Below are positions 39,026 through 49,410 of a DNA stretch of 64,000 nt, piece by piece. The stretch comes from Candidatus Hydrogenedentota bacterium (GTDB lineage: Bacteria > Hydrogenedentota > Hydrogenedentia > Hydrogenedentales > SLHB01): NCBI GenBank assembly GCA_963668025.2, contig CAXXTH010000010.1, positions 992,001 through 1,056,000 on the forward strand. Direction: 5' to 3'. A model generated the notes under the pieces. That model made no database searches. It was not told where the DNA came from and saw only the letters and a program-made list of their open reading frames with translations. Made by a program: the position numbers and the translations under genes. Numbering within the stretch: the first letter of the stretch is position 1; every line of letters starts with the position of its first letter.

Positions 39026-40504
39026 TTAATCAGATAGATAAAAGCCAAAAAAACGGGCGTTCTTAAATAGAAATTCCAGGCGCACCTCCTTTGTTTTTAA
39101 CTCTTCGAGGGGCAGTTTCCACTTCACTTGCGCATGCGGCGCATTGTCCGATATGGGAGTGCAATCAGCATGGGAATAACCAGGAATAGGTTTATTCTCT
39201 TTATCGAGAAGGCTAACGGTCATTGCGCCATTGGCGGCATCGGCGTTCACATGAATCTTGCCGCCTTTCCATGCCAGCAAGGGCGTCCGTATCATGCCGC
39301 CTTCAGGGCCCGCGCGCCTGCTCACATACCGATCTAGATCCATACGCATTAATCCGATCTGCCGTTCTTCAAAACGGTTCACTTTATGGCCCCGCGCATA
39401 TCCGCCATAATACAGGAAGGTTTTATCCTCCACGATGAGCTGTTCATCAATCCAGGCATGGGAATGGTCCCACGCACTACGCTCTGGATTCCGCTCAAAG
39501 AACGGCTCGGTGTCGCGCACCCAGGTCTTGCCGTCCCGGCTCCAAGCAAGAGCGGTGTAGCCTATTCCGTACGCATCCGATGGAGCAGGAGGTTCATCCG
39601 CGCGCAGGTCATCCCGCAACACCTTCACCATGCCGATGAGCAGGCCTCCCCGTGCGAGGTAGCCGTCCATGGCGTAGAACTGCATTTCTCCTTCATCCCG
39701 TTTGGAATCCGGCAGCAGCACATACCAAGGCTCGGACCACGTGCGCAGATCGCGGCTTTGGGATTGCATGGTAATGCGCCGGTTTCCCTTCCAGTATTCG
39801 TCTGCATCTTTACGGACCGATAATGTGGCGGTGTAACACTTGCGGATGGGATCAAAATACAAGCCGTTGATATCATGATTTTGGTGGAGAACCGGTTTCG
39901 GAAATAGGGGCGTCCAGGCAAGCCCATCCGGTGACACGGCAATTTTGAGCCCGTCTTCCATGTGCCATACATATTTGAAACGGCTCGATGGATCCGCATA
40001 TCCAGGGCCATCGTCCACCACGGAAACGCCAAACTGGATGGGCGCGGGCTCCGCAAGGGTGCGTGCAGGACGTTCCCAATGGATTCCATCGCCAGATTCG
40101 ATATATCCGATATGTGAACGCAACGTATTAAAATCTTCCGTATGGCGTCCGTACCACATACGAAATCTGCCTGTTTTATCATCCCGCAACACGGTCAAGT
40201 AGGGCTGGAAACAGCCATCTTCCATGCCCGTGATGAGGGGATTCCCAATCGCCGGATCCCGGAGGGGCGATTCCACCACTCGAACCACGCCCCGGCTTTC
40301 CGCAATCAAATAATCATCAATGAACAGGTATGGCCCTGGCTCTAGGGGGATAGGCGATTCCAGAGCGGGCGCGGCTCCCGGCGTATATATCTGGGCGTAG
40401 GTGTAGGTGATAGGCGTGTTTTCGCAGGATATTGCTTCATCTGATGCATTTGCTATTTGCACAAGCGGCATGAGCATTAGCAAGAAACACAGGGCATATG
40501 GCAT
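39026..40504 (-). CDS. Secreted five-bladed beta-propeller protein (GH32-like fold), paralogous to its neighbour
   Basis: LFIDDYLI, ESGDGIHWERP, SPDGLAW, LAWSRDGKTW, FLYYGG; C-terminal IHVNADA..PIPGYS..VKW domain. Confidence 0.7.
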   Translation of the reverse strand: MPYALCFLLMLMPLVQIANASDEAISCENTPITYTYAQIYTPGAAPALESPIPLEPGPYLFIDDYLIAESRGVVRVVESPLRDPAIGNPLITGMEDGCFQPYLTVLRDDKTGRFRMWYGRHTEDFNTLRSHIGYIESGDGIHWERPARTLAEPAPIQFGVSVVDDGPGYADPSSRFKYVWHMEDGLKIAVSPDGLAWTPLFPKPVLHQNHDINGLYFDPIRKCYTATLSVRKDADEYWKGNRRITMQSQSRDLRTWSEPWYVLLPDSKRDEGEMQFYAMDGYLARGGLLIGMVKVLRDDLRADEPPAPSDAYGIGYTALAWSRDGKTWVRDTEPFFERNPERSAWDHSHAWIDEQLIVEDKTFLYYGGYARGHKVNRFEERQIGLMRMDLDRYVSRRAGPEGGMIRTPLLAWKGGKIHVNADAANGAMTVSLLDKENKPIPGYSHADCTPISDNAPHAQVKWKLPLEELKTKEVRLEFLFKNARFFGFYLSD

Positions 40505-40522
40505 GGGGCCACCTCCTTTTTG

Positions 40523-41605
40523 TCACCATCTCCGAAGAGACGGGAGCATTGCACGCGCGTGTTCGATGGAAGGAACAACGGGCTGCACGCATAAGCCATT
40601 TGGCGAGAGGGCTTTCTTCAGCGCCGCCACATCGTTTTCGCTGAAACGGCCTTTAAGCAGCAGGCATCGGCCGTGTTCCTGAATTTTCACCAGGCTTGGC
40701 AGCATGTCTTCTATTCGTATGCCGCCTTCATCTTTAGATACTTGGAAAACGCGGATGCCTTTGATATCCAGCAATTCATCCAGCATGAATATCGCGCTGG
40801 CATGTATATGCATTAAGGTATAATCCCAGTTTTCCGCCAAATGGGCATTCAGCGGCTTGAGATGCTCCCGGTATAAATCCGGAGTGAGCAGAGAGGCGTT
40901 GTCCTCCTGAATACGCGCCACGGAACCAGGGGCCCATAATTCATACTGGCCGATCACATGGCCGCCCGCGAATTCAGGGAGGTGCGCCATTTGGCAGTGA
41001 TAAAATGCTTCCAAAAAAGCATTGAGATCCCGCAATACTGGATCAGCCGCTTCGGGCTGCGTCATAAGCAATAAAACGGCCTGCTCCGGCCCGAATAACG
41101 CGGCGAACAAATCGGAAACGCCCCGGAGCACGGATTGCCCTATTGGATATTCGCCGTCAAACGCCCGGCTGTAGACATCCAAAAACTCCATATACTTCCG
41201 CACCCATGGATTGGCGGCGTCGAACACAACCGGTTCATACGCCTCGATTCCAGACAGATGCGATTGGCTGGCGAATTGGGCGTTCGTGGATACGACGGAG
41301 CAACCGAGCGCTGCTTCCATCCATGGCAGCGACGCAAAAGGCATAGCGGCGCGTAAAAGGTCATCTCCTACCGCTGACGCCTGTTCGAGGTAGTGGCGTT
41401 GTGCTTCCACAAAATCTTCGGGCAGGACATCTTCCGGTTGAATGCAGGATTTTCCCCATAATTTCGCCGCGCCCGGATTGGACTGCCAATAGCTCCACGA
41501 ATCGGGGCCCGAGCCGGCGATCATTCCCAACAAGGGGCTTTTAACCGCATCCCGGTTCAAGAATGCTTGGTGGCGCTCCGTAATGAGGCGGATATCTTCA
41601 TTCAT
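40523..41605 (-). CDS. UroD/MtaA/CmuA-superfamily TIM-barrel protein
   Basis: PWMEAALGC, LRGVSDLFAALFG, IQEDNASLLTPDLYREHLKP and MHIHA motifs typical of uroporphyrinogen-decarboxylase-like orphans. Confidence 0.65.
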   Translation of the reverse strand: MNEDIRLITERHQAFLNRDAVKSPLLGMIAGSGPDSWSYWQSNPGAAKLWGKSCIQPEDVLPEDFVEAQRHYLEQASAVGDDLLRAAMPFASLPWMEAALGCSVVSTNAQFASQSHLSGIEAYEPVVFDAANPWVRKYMEFLDVYSRAFDGEYPIGQSVLRGVSDLFAALFGPEQAVLLLMTQPEAADPVLRDLNAFLEAFYHCQMAHLPEFAGGHVIGQYELWAPGSVARIQEDNASLLTPDLYREHLKPLNAHLAENWDYTLMHIHASAIFMLDELLDIKGIRVFQVSKDEGGIRIEDMLPSLVKIQEHGRCLLLKGRFSENDVAALKKALSPNGLCVQPVVPSIEHARAMLPSLRRW

Positions 41606-41639
41606 ATGCGGTTATTCCTTTTGCATATATGTATCTAGT

Positions 41640-44135
41640 TCATGAATGGAGCGCGAATGGGAATTCCCCATTTGGAGCGGGCTGCAACGGCTTTCCATTC
41701 ACCTTCACCTGCGCCTGGGCTCCCATGCCTTCTGGTGTTCGTATGATGCCGCTTATGCCCGCTGGCAGCGTGGCATGCAACGTGAATATTCCCGTTTCAT
41801 CAAAACGCCAGGAAACATGTATGGCGCCTTTAGGGCAATGCCAGGCCCCTTCCGCCCATGTGAGATCGGCGGGCTGGGGGGCGAGCAGGACTTCTTCAAA
41901 TCCTGGACGCAACGGCCGGATGCCCAAGACGTACCGGCTCAACAGGCTGGCCCCGATCACGCCGGGGCCCTGGGCGGCGGACCGGCTGTCTCGGGAACGC
42001 CAGCGGCCCGTGAAGCGCTCCCCTAGCAAGTTCCATATTTCCGGCACGGTGGACAGGCCCTGGTTGCGCACCCAATCAAAACGCGTACGCAACAAGTCCA
42101 GCGCCCACTGGGTGCGGCCGCGATGAAACAAACCTTCCAGCGCCCACAGAAAGCATAGATTCAACTGCCCATCATTCATTTTCGGGACGCGGAGGGCTTT
42201 TTCCATGGCGTTGCATTCGGCATCAGAGGCATAATCAAATAGCATCATCAGGAAATTCACGTGCTCGCTGGTATGAGCCGAACGTTCTCCCTCGATTAAG
42301 GCGTCGCTGTAAACGCCCCGCTCGGGAAGCCAGTATTGTTCCCGTAGCCGGGCGGCCAGCCGGGCGTGCTTTTCCTCGAACGCGGATGCTTCCTCGCTAA
42401 GGCCAAGAACGGACGCCATTGCCCTCAAGCACTGGAGTGCCCGGGCGTAGAGGACATTCGAGATGAGCGGTGCGCCACGCCGTTCGACATCCGCCCAATC
42501 GACAAACAGCGTGAACGGAGAAGGCCCGAGCAGCCCATCCGCGTCCAGATAACGTTCAATGAAAGCCAGCAGCTCACAAAAGTGCCGGTAAAACGCATCG
42601 ATTAAGAAACGTTTTCCTGTCAATCCGTAATAGCGATATAAATGGATAATCAGCAAGAATTGGGATTCAACATACAAGCTATACCGTTCGTCTTTGTTGC
42701 CTAATACGGTGTGAGGGAAGAAGCCGTACGCGAGCCTCGATCGCAATATGTCCATGAAGTATTTTTCATTAATAGCGGGATCACCGAAAACCGCGCAGAG
42801 CGTCTCCACCATCGCCAGCAGATCACCCGCATACTCCCGCCTTTCCCTGACTGGATTGTCCATTAAGCGGTCATAGGTGCATAATTCCAGCGTTTTCCGG
42901 CAGGCGCTCCAGATCCAATTGAGCCTCTCGTCGCTGCACTCAAACGCCCCGAGCGGCTCGAAGGGATACCGTTCGGACTCGAAACTCACTTTGTGGAGTT
43001 GGATGGGCTCCGCATGGCAGCGGAACGTGAGCCGCACATATCGGAAATGGCGCCAATGATAGGTCTTTGCTATTTGCCGCCCGTCTCGTGTAATGAATTC
43101 ATCGGCTAACGGGGTGCGGTGGGATAAATAGGGCGTTACTTCTCCATCCACTAAGAACTGGGCATATGCGATATCAATGAGCGCGCCTGCCGGAGCGGAT
43201 ATGTCCATGCGCACCCGGCCATTCATCAATTGACCCGCATCGAGCGTGATGCATGCGTCGTGGATGCCGGGGAAATCGCCTTCTCCGAAATCATTCCTCA
43301 TGGGGAAGATGCACACGTCCGCCGCCGCAAGGCTCAACAGACTCTCTTCGGATTCAATTTGGGTATATTGCGAAGGTTTTGGATGTTCCAGCGACATGCG
43401 GGCCGCTAGGTCTTCCATACGCCCCGGTTCGGCCCGCTGCAAGACTTCGCCAATCCCTACGATGGATTGAGGAAGGTGTTCACTGGTCTCGAAATAGGGT
43501 ATTGGGCGCTCCTCGAGCGCCAGCCAGGGCAATACCGTGGACCGGGCTGGATTCCAGTTCCATTGCTCCACATCCGCGCCTAATGTAACCAGTTCCGCCA
43601 TGGGCCACATGCAATCATCAAAATCCGCTGTGTCCCATCCTATCGGCTCTTTCCGGACATCGTAGAATTCCGCATAAGTCATTCGGTCTATTTTGGGCGC
43701 ATCGCGCCGCCAAGCACGGGCGCTGGCGCACCGCCACGAGGCATCGGAAACCACGCAAAGCGAATCCGCGTCCAATTGGCATAAAAACCCGCCCCGGCTC
43801 CAAAACCTCGAATTGGAAAGAGCAGCATCGGACCCATTGCCGAAATGATAAACTATCGCGGATACTATATTGCGGCCCGGCTGAAGTTTTCCGGCAACAT
43901 CATAGCTGTCGTAGCTTTGCCATCTCGGCTCGGTCATCACGGGGCCGCGTCCCACCAAGGAGCCATTAAGATGCAATTGGTAAGAAGTGTCGGCGGTGAT
44001 GCGAAGCCATGCCGCCGAAGGCAGTTGCTCGATAGTGAATGTTTTGCGGAAATACACAAAGGTATTTGACTGCGCGGGGTCATGTCCTGGCTGCCAAATC
44101 CATTGAGCCTTCCAAGGATTATGGATACTGCACAT
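41640..44135 (-). CDS. GH78 alpha-L-rhamnosidase-like glycoside hydrolase (no signal peptide seen)
   Basis: AQWIW..YFRKTF..ITADTSYQLHLNG..GRGP, FRYVRL, FECSDERLNWIW, MDNPVRERREYAGD, FVDWAD, VLGIRPLRPGF. Confidence 0.85.
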   Translation of the reverse strand: MCSIHNPWKAQWIWQPGHDPAQSNTFVYFRKTFTIEQLPSAAWLRITADTSYQLHLNGSLVGRGPVMTEPRWQSYDSYDVAGKLQPGRNIVSAIVYHFGNGSDAALSNSRFWSRGGFLCQLDADSLCVVSDASWRCASARAWRRDAPKIDRMTYAEFYDVRKEPIGWDTADFDDCMWPMAELVTLGADVEQWNWNPARSTVLPWLALEERPIPYFETSEHLPQSIVGIGEVLQRAEPGRMEDLAARMSLEHPKPSQYTQIESEESLLSLAAADVCIFPMRNDFGEGDFPGIHDACITLDAGQLMNGRVRMDISAPAGALIDIAYAQFLVDGEVTPYLSHRTPLADEFITRDGRQIAKTYHWRHFRYVRLTFRCHAEPIQLHKVSFESERYPFEPLGAFECSDERLNWIWSACRKTLELCTYDRLMDNPVRERREYAGDLLAMVETLCAVFGDPAINEKYFMDILRSRLAYGFFPHTVLGNKDERYSLYVESQFLLIIHLYRYYGLTGKRFLIDAFYRHFCELLAFIERYLDADGLLGPSPFTLFVDWADVERRGAPLISNVLYARALQCLRAMASVLGLSEEASAFEEKHARLAARLREQYWLPERGVYSDALIEGERSAHTSEHVNFLMMLFDYASDAECNAMEKALRVPKMNDGQLNLCFLWALEGLFHRGRTQWALDLLRTRFDWVRNQGLSTVPEIWNLLGERFTGRWRSRDSRSAAQGPGVIGASLLSRYVLGIRPLRPGFEEVLLAPQPADLTWAEGAWHCPKGAIHVSWRFDETGIFTLHATLPAGISGIIRTPEGMGAQAQVKVNGKPLQPAPNGEFPFALHS

Positions 44136-44392
44136 GGGCGTTTCCTTCCAGGCCCTTCTCATTTGCCCTCTTTTGATAGGCGGTAGAGCGGGCCCATGCA
44201 AGGTTGCAGATTAATTTGAAATACGTATTTCAATTCACTTATTCTATACAAACACTTCCCCACTTTCAAGCCTCTTTTTTCGGTAGCCAGATAGGTGTTG
44301 CTTTAATATGGCCTATTTTCTATAGTTTCAACCAGTTTCGCTGCTACAAAATGCCGGTTCGAGTCCGGGTGTACATAAAATACACAGCTTTC

Positions 44393-44422
44393 TTGACACA
44401 CGTGATTCATACGTTGTATCAT
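44393..44422 (+). promoter_or_regulatory. Putative promoter of the LacI gene with an imperfect dyad in the spacer
   Basis: TTGACA (44393) -18- TATCAT (44417); ACGTGATTCATACGT at 44400-44414. Confidence 0.5.
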
Positions 44423-44549
44423 ATATCAACGCAATAAAATGAACATCGGAGCGCATATGCATATAATTCAAGTGCGCCCCAATTACGCATCGATATACAA
44501 TGCATGCATGGTTCATTTGTTGCGGAAATAAAACGAGAAAGAGAACAAA

Positions 44550-45689
44550 ATGGCTCCTGGAGCTCCGAAATCAAAAAACGGGAACAACGTCACCATGCGG
44601 AATACCCGCCAGACGCTGCAATCCATCGCGCGTTTGGCTGGGGTCAGCTATTCCACGGTAGCCCGCGTCCTATCTGGCAATGCAAAATACCCGGTCAGCG
44701 CGAAAATGCGGGAGCATGTCATGAAGGTGGCGGGTGAACATGGATACTCGACCGATCCATTCGCGCGCTACATGCGCAAGCAGCGCAGCGATATTATCGG
44801 CATATGCGGCCATATGACCCGCGCCAGTTCGGAAGGAGACGCTTCGGATCGTTTCAATCTGAACCGGCGTGTCGCAGGCATCCATTCCAGCATTGAAGCC
44901 ACGAATTACAACTTGATGGTGCTGCTGCGCGATGACATGGATCCGAATCTGGAAATGCGCATGACGAAGAGTGTGGCGTATTTGGATGGCCTCATCTACA
45001 GTTATCCCATTATCCGGCATAAACCGTTCTTGTTGCGTCTGGCGCAACGATTGCCCATTGTCATCGAACAAGGCGAAGGCATAAATGAGTTGTGTTCCGT
45101 ATCCGTGGACCAATATGGGGCGATTGTCGCCGCCACGCAATTATTGGTGAACAGGGGCTGCAAGCGCATCGCACTGATGACCCACTATGGAACGGAGTAT
45201 TATCACAACCGTATCCGCCTTGGCGCATTCCAGGATGCGATGAAATCTTGCGGCCTTTCCCTTGAAGAAGACCAGATTATCACCGGCTGCCGTGGGGCCC
45301 GCAGCGCATTCGAATCCGTATCACGCCTGTTGCATAAATCCAAGCGGATTGACGGTTTGATCGCGCCCCGTGACGCCCAGTTAGCGGGCTCCATCAACGC
45401 GATCGAAGAAGCCAGCCTGGTAATAGGCAAAGACATCCGGCTCATATCCATTAACGAAACGGAGCTTTCCCGGCACATGAAGCCGGGCATATCCGTAATC
45501 CGCTTTCCAACAGAACAGGTCGCACGCGAATCGTTCGAGCTGCTGCTGCGTATCTTAGAAGGCCAGGTTCAAGAGCCTGAGCACATCCTCATTCCCGCCA
45601 CGATTGTCGAACGGCAATCCACCGCAGGTGACTCAGCCACATTGGGTTCTCCCACGCATGGCGAGGTGACGCTATTCCCGGATGAATAA
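44550..45689 (+). CDS. LacI family transcriptional regulator
   Basis: TLQSIARLAGVSYSTVARVLSG HTH, GCKRIAL, RLGAFQDAM, IGKDIRLISIN, IVERQST; start may be 44595. Confidence 0.92.
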   Translation: MAPGAPKSKNGNNVTMRNTRQTLQSIARLAGVSYSTVARVLSGNAKYPVSAKMREHVMKVAGEHGYSTDPFARYMRKQRSDIIGICGHMTRASSEGDASDRFNLNRRVAGIHSSIEATNYNLMVLLRDDMDPNLEMRMTKSVAYLDGLIYSYPIIRHKPFLLRLAQRLPIVIEQGEGINELCSVSVDQYGAIVAATQLLVNRGCKRIALMTHYGTEYYHNRIRLGAFQDAMKSCGLSLEEDQIITGCRGARSAFESVSRLLHKSKRIDGLIAPRDAQLAGSINAIEEASLVIGKDIRLISINETELSRHMKPGISVIRFPTEQVARESFELLLRILEGQVQEPEHILIPATIVERQSTAGDSATLGSPTHGEVTLFPDE

Positions 45690-45725
45690 GGAGCATGGCC
45701 TCCACCAGTGCGAACGGGAGCTGCA

Positions 45726-45755
45726 AGCAGCATCCCGTGCGGGGGGCTGTTTTTT
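45726..45755 (+). terminator. Terminator-like hairpin between lacI and transketolase
   Basis: AGCAGCATCCC-gtgc-GGGGGGCTG-TTTTTT. Confidence 0.5.
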
Positions 45756-45777
45756 GCCAAATGAGAGGAGATTTTGT

Positions 45778-46665
45778 ATGGATTCAACATCATCCACTGC
45801 CACGCCGCCGCAACGGCCCGGGCCCGCAAGAAATGGAATGGATTTGGACATAGGCCAGCTTGAATGCATGGCGCGCCAATTGCGCATCGCTATTATCAAG
45901 ATGATTCACCAAGCGGGTTCTGGGCATCCGGGCGGCTCGCTCTCCATATGTGAGATCTTGTCCACCTTGTATTTCTCCGAACTGCAACTGGAGCCTCAAC
46001 AGCCATCCAAACCTTCACGGGACCGGTTTATTTTATCCAAGGGCCATGCCGCGCCCGCGCTGTATGCCGTCATGGCCAAGCGCGGATTCTTCCCCGAGGA
46101 AGAGCTGGCCACCCTGCGCAAGATCGGCAGCCGCCTCCAGGGACACCCTGACAGCAAAAAACTGCCCGGAGTGGATATCTCCAGCGGCTCGCTTGGGATG
46201 GGCATTTCTTTCGGCATCGGCTGCGCCTTAGCTGCCCGGTTAAGCGGCCAGCAGTATCGCACGTATGTTTTGACGGGATGCGGCGAATTGGATGAAGGCC
46301 AGAATTGGGAAGGATTGATGACCGCCGCTAAATATGGCCTAGACAATCTGATGGCCATCGTGGATTATAACAAGGTGCAGCTCGACGGTACGAACGACGA
46401 GATCCTCCCTCTCGGGGATCTATGCGCGAAACTCCGCGCGTTCTCCTGGAACGTGCTCGAATGCGGCGGCCATAACATCCAAGAATTACTCGATGCGTAT
46501 GAACAAGCGCGCGCCACAAAAGGGATTCCCACGGTGCTGGTGGCCCATACCATTAAGGGAAAGGGCGTCTCTTACATGGAACATAAATGCCAATGGCATG
46601 GGGCCCCCATCAGCGAACAGCAATGCGCGTGCGCCATGTCGGAATTGGAAGGAGTATCCATATGA
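45778..46665 (+). CDS. Split transketolase, N-terminal (TPP-binding) subunit
   Basis: GSGHPGGSLS, DRFILSKGHAAPALY, LQGHPD, SGSLGMG, GCGELDEGQNWE, TIKGKG; SD AGGAG before 45778. Confidence 0.92.
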   Translation: MDSTSSTATPPQRPGPARNGMDLDIGQLECMARQLRIAIIKMIHQAGSGHPGGSLSICEILSTLYFSELQLEPQQPSKPSRDRFILSKGHAAPALYAVMAKRGFFPEEELATLRKIGSRLQGHPDSKKLPGVDISSGSLGMGISFGIGCALAARLSGQQYRTYVLTGCGELDEGQNWEGLMTAAKYGLDNLMAIVDYNKVQLDGTNDEILPLGDLCAKLRAFSWNVLECGGHNIQELLDAYEQARATKGIPTVLVAHTIKGKGVSYMEHKCQWHGAPISEQQCACAMSELEGVSI

Positions 46666-47612
46666 GCAACAAGCCCCTGCGGGACATATTCGGGGAAGCG
46701 CTTCGCGACTTGGGTGCGCAGAACCCAAAAGTAGTCGCGCTGGACGCGGATTTAGCGGGAGCAACGCGCTCTGGCGTTTTCGGCAAAGCCTATCCCGAAC
46801 GTTTTTTCAACGTAGGCATCACCGAAGCCAATATGGTATCCGTAGCGGCGGGGCTGTCCACCTGTGGATATATCCCCTTCGCTTGCACCTTTAGTTTCCT
46901 GATGACCTTGCGCGCCGCCGACCAAATTCGCAGCCAGGTGTGTTATCCTAAGCTCAACGTGAAGCTTGTGGGCACCAATGGGGGATTATCCGGATTCGGC
47001 GATGGAGCCACCCATCAAAGCGTCATGGATCTGGCCATCATGCGCGCCATGCCGGGCATGACGGTCATCATTCCCAGCGATGCAGCTACTTTACGCGCGG
47101 CGGTTTTTGCCGCCGCCGACTACACCGGCCCCTTGTTTTTGCGCGTGCCGCGCGTTCCCGCACGAGATATCCATGATGCGTCGGAGCCTTTCGCCATCGG
47201 CAAAGGATATAAGCTGCGCGATGGCAAGGATGTCACTTTGGTGGCCACGGGACTCATGGCCGCCATAGCGCTAGACGCCGCCGACGCCCTCTGCGGCGAA
47301 GGATTGAGCGCTGAAGTCATCGAGATTCCCACGCTCAAACCGATGGATTCCATGTTGATCGCTGAGAGCCTAGCCAAAACCCATGCCGTAGTCACCGTGG
47401 AAGAGCATTCCCGGTTCGGCGGCCTTTTCTCCGCCATAGCCGAGACCGCCGGGGAAATGTCGCCCTCGGCCATGGGCCACGTCGCTATAGAGGACCGTTT
47501 CGGCGAATCGGGTGAGTATGACGAGATTCTTGAATCCTGTGGGCTGACCGTGGCCCATATCGTGGAAGAAGCTAAAAGCGCGATGGCGCGCAAACAGGCT
47601 ATGGCAAGCTGA
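46662..47612 (+). CDS. Split transketolase, C-terminal subunit
   Basis: DADLAGAT, ERFFNVGITEANMV, RAADQIR, DGATHQ, VTVEEHS..GGL, DRFGESG. Confidence 0.92.
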   Translation: MSNKPLRDIFGEALRDLGAQNPKVVALDADLAGATRSGVFGKAYPERFFNVGITEANMVSVAAGLSTCGYIPFACTFSFLMTLRAADQIRSQVCYPKLNVKLVGTNGGLSGFGDGATHQSVMDLAIMRAMPGMTVIIPSDAATLRAAVFAAADYTGPLFLRVPRVPARDIHDASEPFAIGKGYKLRDGKDVTLVATGLMAAIALDAADALCGEGLSAEVIEIPTLKPMDSMLIAESLAKTHAVVTVEEHSRFGGLFSAIAETAGEMSPSAMGHVAIEDRFGESGEYDEILESCGLTVAHIVEEAKSAMARKQAMAS

Positions 47613-47666
47613 CGAATGCCCATTTTATGCCACATCGCTTGATATATCGAAAAGAAGGAAACAGCT

Positions 47667-48434
47667 ATGAGCACACAATTATTTGACTTATCTGGAAAAA
47701 TCGCACTGGTTACGGGTTCCAGCCGGGGGCTGGGTTTCACCATCGCCAAAGGGCTGGGACAAGCAGGCGCCACGGTCGTACTAAACGACAATGTGCAAGA
47801 ACGCCTCGGCGCGGCGTGCAAAGACTTGCAACAAGAAGGCATGCAAGCACACGGCTATGTGTTTGACGTGACCGACAAGAATCAAGTGAAAGATGCCGTC
47901 GCCAAGATAGAACAAGAGGTGGGCCCCATCGGAATTCTGGTGAACAACGTCGGGATACAGATTCGGCGGCCTCTCGAAGAGTTTGATGAAGACGACTGGG
48001 AGCGCATCGTTAAAATCAATCTGACTAGCATGTTCATTGTCAGCAAATACGTCGTACACGGCATGATTGAACGAAAAAGCGGCAAGATCATCCTTATCGG
48101 CTCGATGCAATCGGAACTCGGCCGCCCCACCATTACTCCCTACGCGGCCACGAAGGGCGGTGTGAAGATGCTGATGCGCGGCATGGCCACGGAATGGGCG
48201 AAACATAACATTCAAATCAACGGAATCGGGCCCGGCTACTTCATTACCGACATGACCAAAGCGTTGGTGGAAGACGAAAAATTTAACTCGTGGCTTTGCT
48301 CGCGCACCCCGGCCAACCGGTGGGGAAATCCAGAGGAACTCATCGGCGCCGCCGTGTTCCTGTCATCCAAGGCCTCGGACTATGTGAATGGACATATGCT
48401 TTATGTGGACGGCGGCATGCTGGCGTGCGTGTAA
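47667..48434 (+). CDS. idnO: Gluconate 5-dehydrogenase / 5-keto-gluconate reductase-like SDR
   Basis: LFDLSGKIALVTGSSRGLG, GSMQSELGRPTITPYAATKGGVKML, NGIGPGYF, RTPANRWG, YVDGGMLA - characteristic of the Gno/IdnO subfamily. Confidence 0.8.
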   Translation: MSTQLFDLSGKIALVTGSSRGLGFTIAKGLGQAGATVVLNDNVQERLGAACKDLQQEGMQAHGYVFDVTDKNQVKDAVAKIEQEVGPIGILVNNVGIQIRRPLEEFDEDDWERIVKINLTSMFIVSKYVVHGMIERKSGKIILIGSMQSELGRPTITPYAATKGGVKMLMRGMATEWAKHNIQINGIGPGYFITDMTKALVEDEKFNSWLCSRTPANRWGNPEELIGAAVFLSSKASDYVNGHMLYVDGGMLACV

Positions 48435-48469
48435 ACAGCCTAAAATGAATCTAGAAAGGATTCCGCCAA

Positions 48470-49399
48470 ATGAGTATGCAACAGGGGCCTGCACTCTGGC
48501 CTAAAGGCGTCATTGTTCCACTAGCGACTCTCATCACCGAAACAGAACAACTGGACCGGCATGCGTTTGAAGAATTGCTTTCCCTCCAACTCGATAACGG
48601 CGTGGACGCCCTCTTCGTATTGGGTTCCGTAGGTGAAGGGCCCATGCTTGCCGACTCAGTCCGGCTAGATGTCGTCCGGGCGGCGGTGGGGTTCGCCAAT
48701 GGACGCGCGCCTGTATTTGCGGGTGTGATGGATAATTCCGTCGCGCTCGTGCTCGAACGCATCAAACGCATCGCGGAAGCAGGAGCGCAAGCAGCAGTAA
48801 CCACACTCCCTTATTATGGCTGGTACAACAACGAGGAGAGCGCCCGGGAGTTTTTCTTCTCCATCGCCGATGCCTCGCCCATTCCCATCATCGCTTACAA
48901 CCTGCCCCGCGTCACGGGTGTCAGCCTCAGCTACGAGGTGCTTCGCGATATGGCGCAGCATCCGAATATTTGCAGTGTGAAAGACACCCGGGCCGATCTC
49001 GAAAGCATGCGCGCCGCCGCTGCCATGCCGGAGCGTAAAGGCCGGATGAGCTATGTCGCGGGCAACTCCGCATTCGCGGGTGAATTGATGGCCTGCGGCG
49101 GGGACGGCGTCGTCAGCGTGCTGGGCAACTTCTTTCCGGAGCTTCTGGCGGCGCTATACAAAGCCCATCAGGCCAATGACGCTCCGCGCGTGGCGGATAT
49201 TTCCGCTATTCTGGCGGGTCTTTCCAAGGTGTTGAGTCTGCCCACCACGCCCGGCGGCGTGAAGTGCGCGCTGGAACTCCGCAATATCGGCACATCGCGT
49301 ACGATCCGGCCTTGGCCTAAAGTGCTGCCCGAACACAAAGCGCAGATTGTTCAATTGATAGACACCGCCAAAGCAGCGTTTAACGTGCTGAGCAACTAA
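48470..49399 (+). CDS. DHDPS/NAL-family aldolase (2-keto-3-deoxy sugar-acid aldolase-like)
   Basis: LFVLGSVGEG, PYY, IAYNLP, Schiff-base lysine in SVKDT. Confidence 0.85.
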   Translation: MSMQQGPALWPKGVIVPLATLITETEQLDRHAFEELLSLQLDNGVDALFVLGSVGEGPMLADSVRLDVVRAAVGFANGRAPVFAGVMDNSVALVLERIKRIAEAGAQAAVTTLPYYGWYNNEESAREFFFSIADASPIPIIAYNLPRVTGVSLSYEVLRDMAQHPNICSVKDTRADLESMRAAAAMPERKGRMSYVAGNSAFAGELMACGGDGVVSVLGNFFPELLAALYKAHQANDAPRVADISAILAGLSKVLSLPTTPGGVKCALELRNIGTSRTIRPWPKVLPEHKAQIVQLIDTAKAAFNVLSN

Positions 49400-49410
49400 A
49401 CAAGCGGCAG

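Noticed and set aside
44353-44368. tRNA T-arm-like GCCGGTTCGAGTCCGG
   Set aside because: No acceptor stem, CCA, anticodon arm or nearby integrase; probably chance.
48470-49399. dapA (true dihydrodipicolinate synthase)
   Set aside because: GSVGE instead of GTTGE and the sugar-acid context favour a catabolic aldolase or dehydratase.
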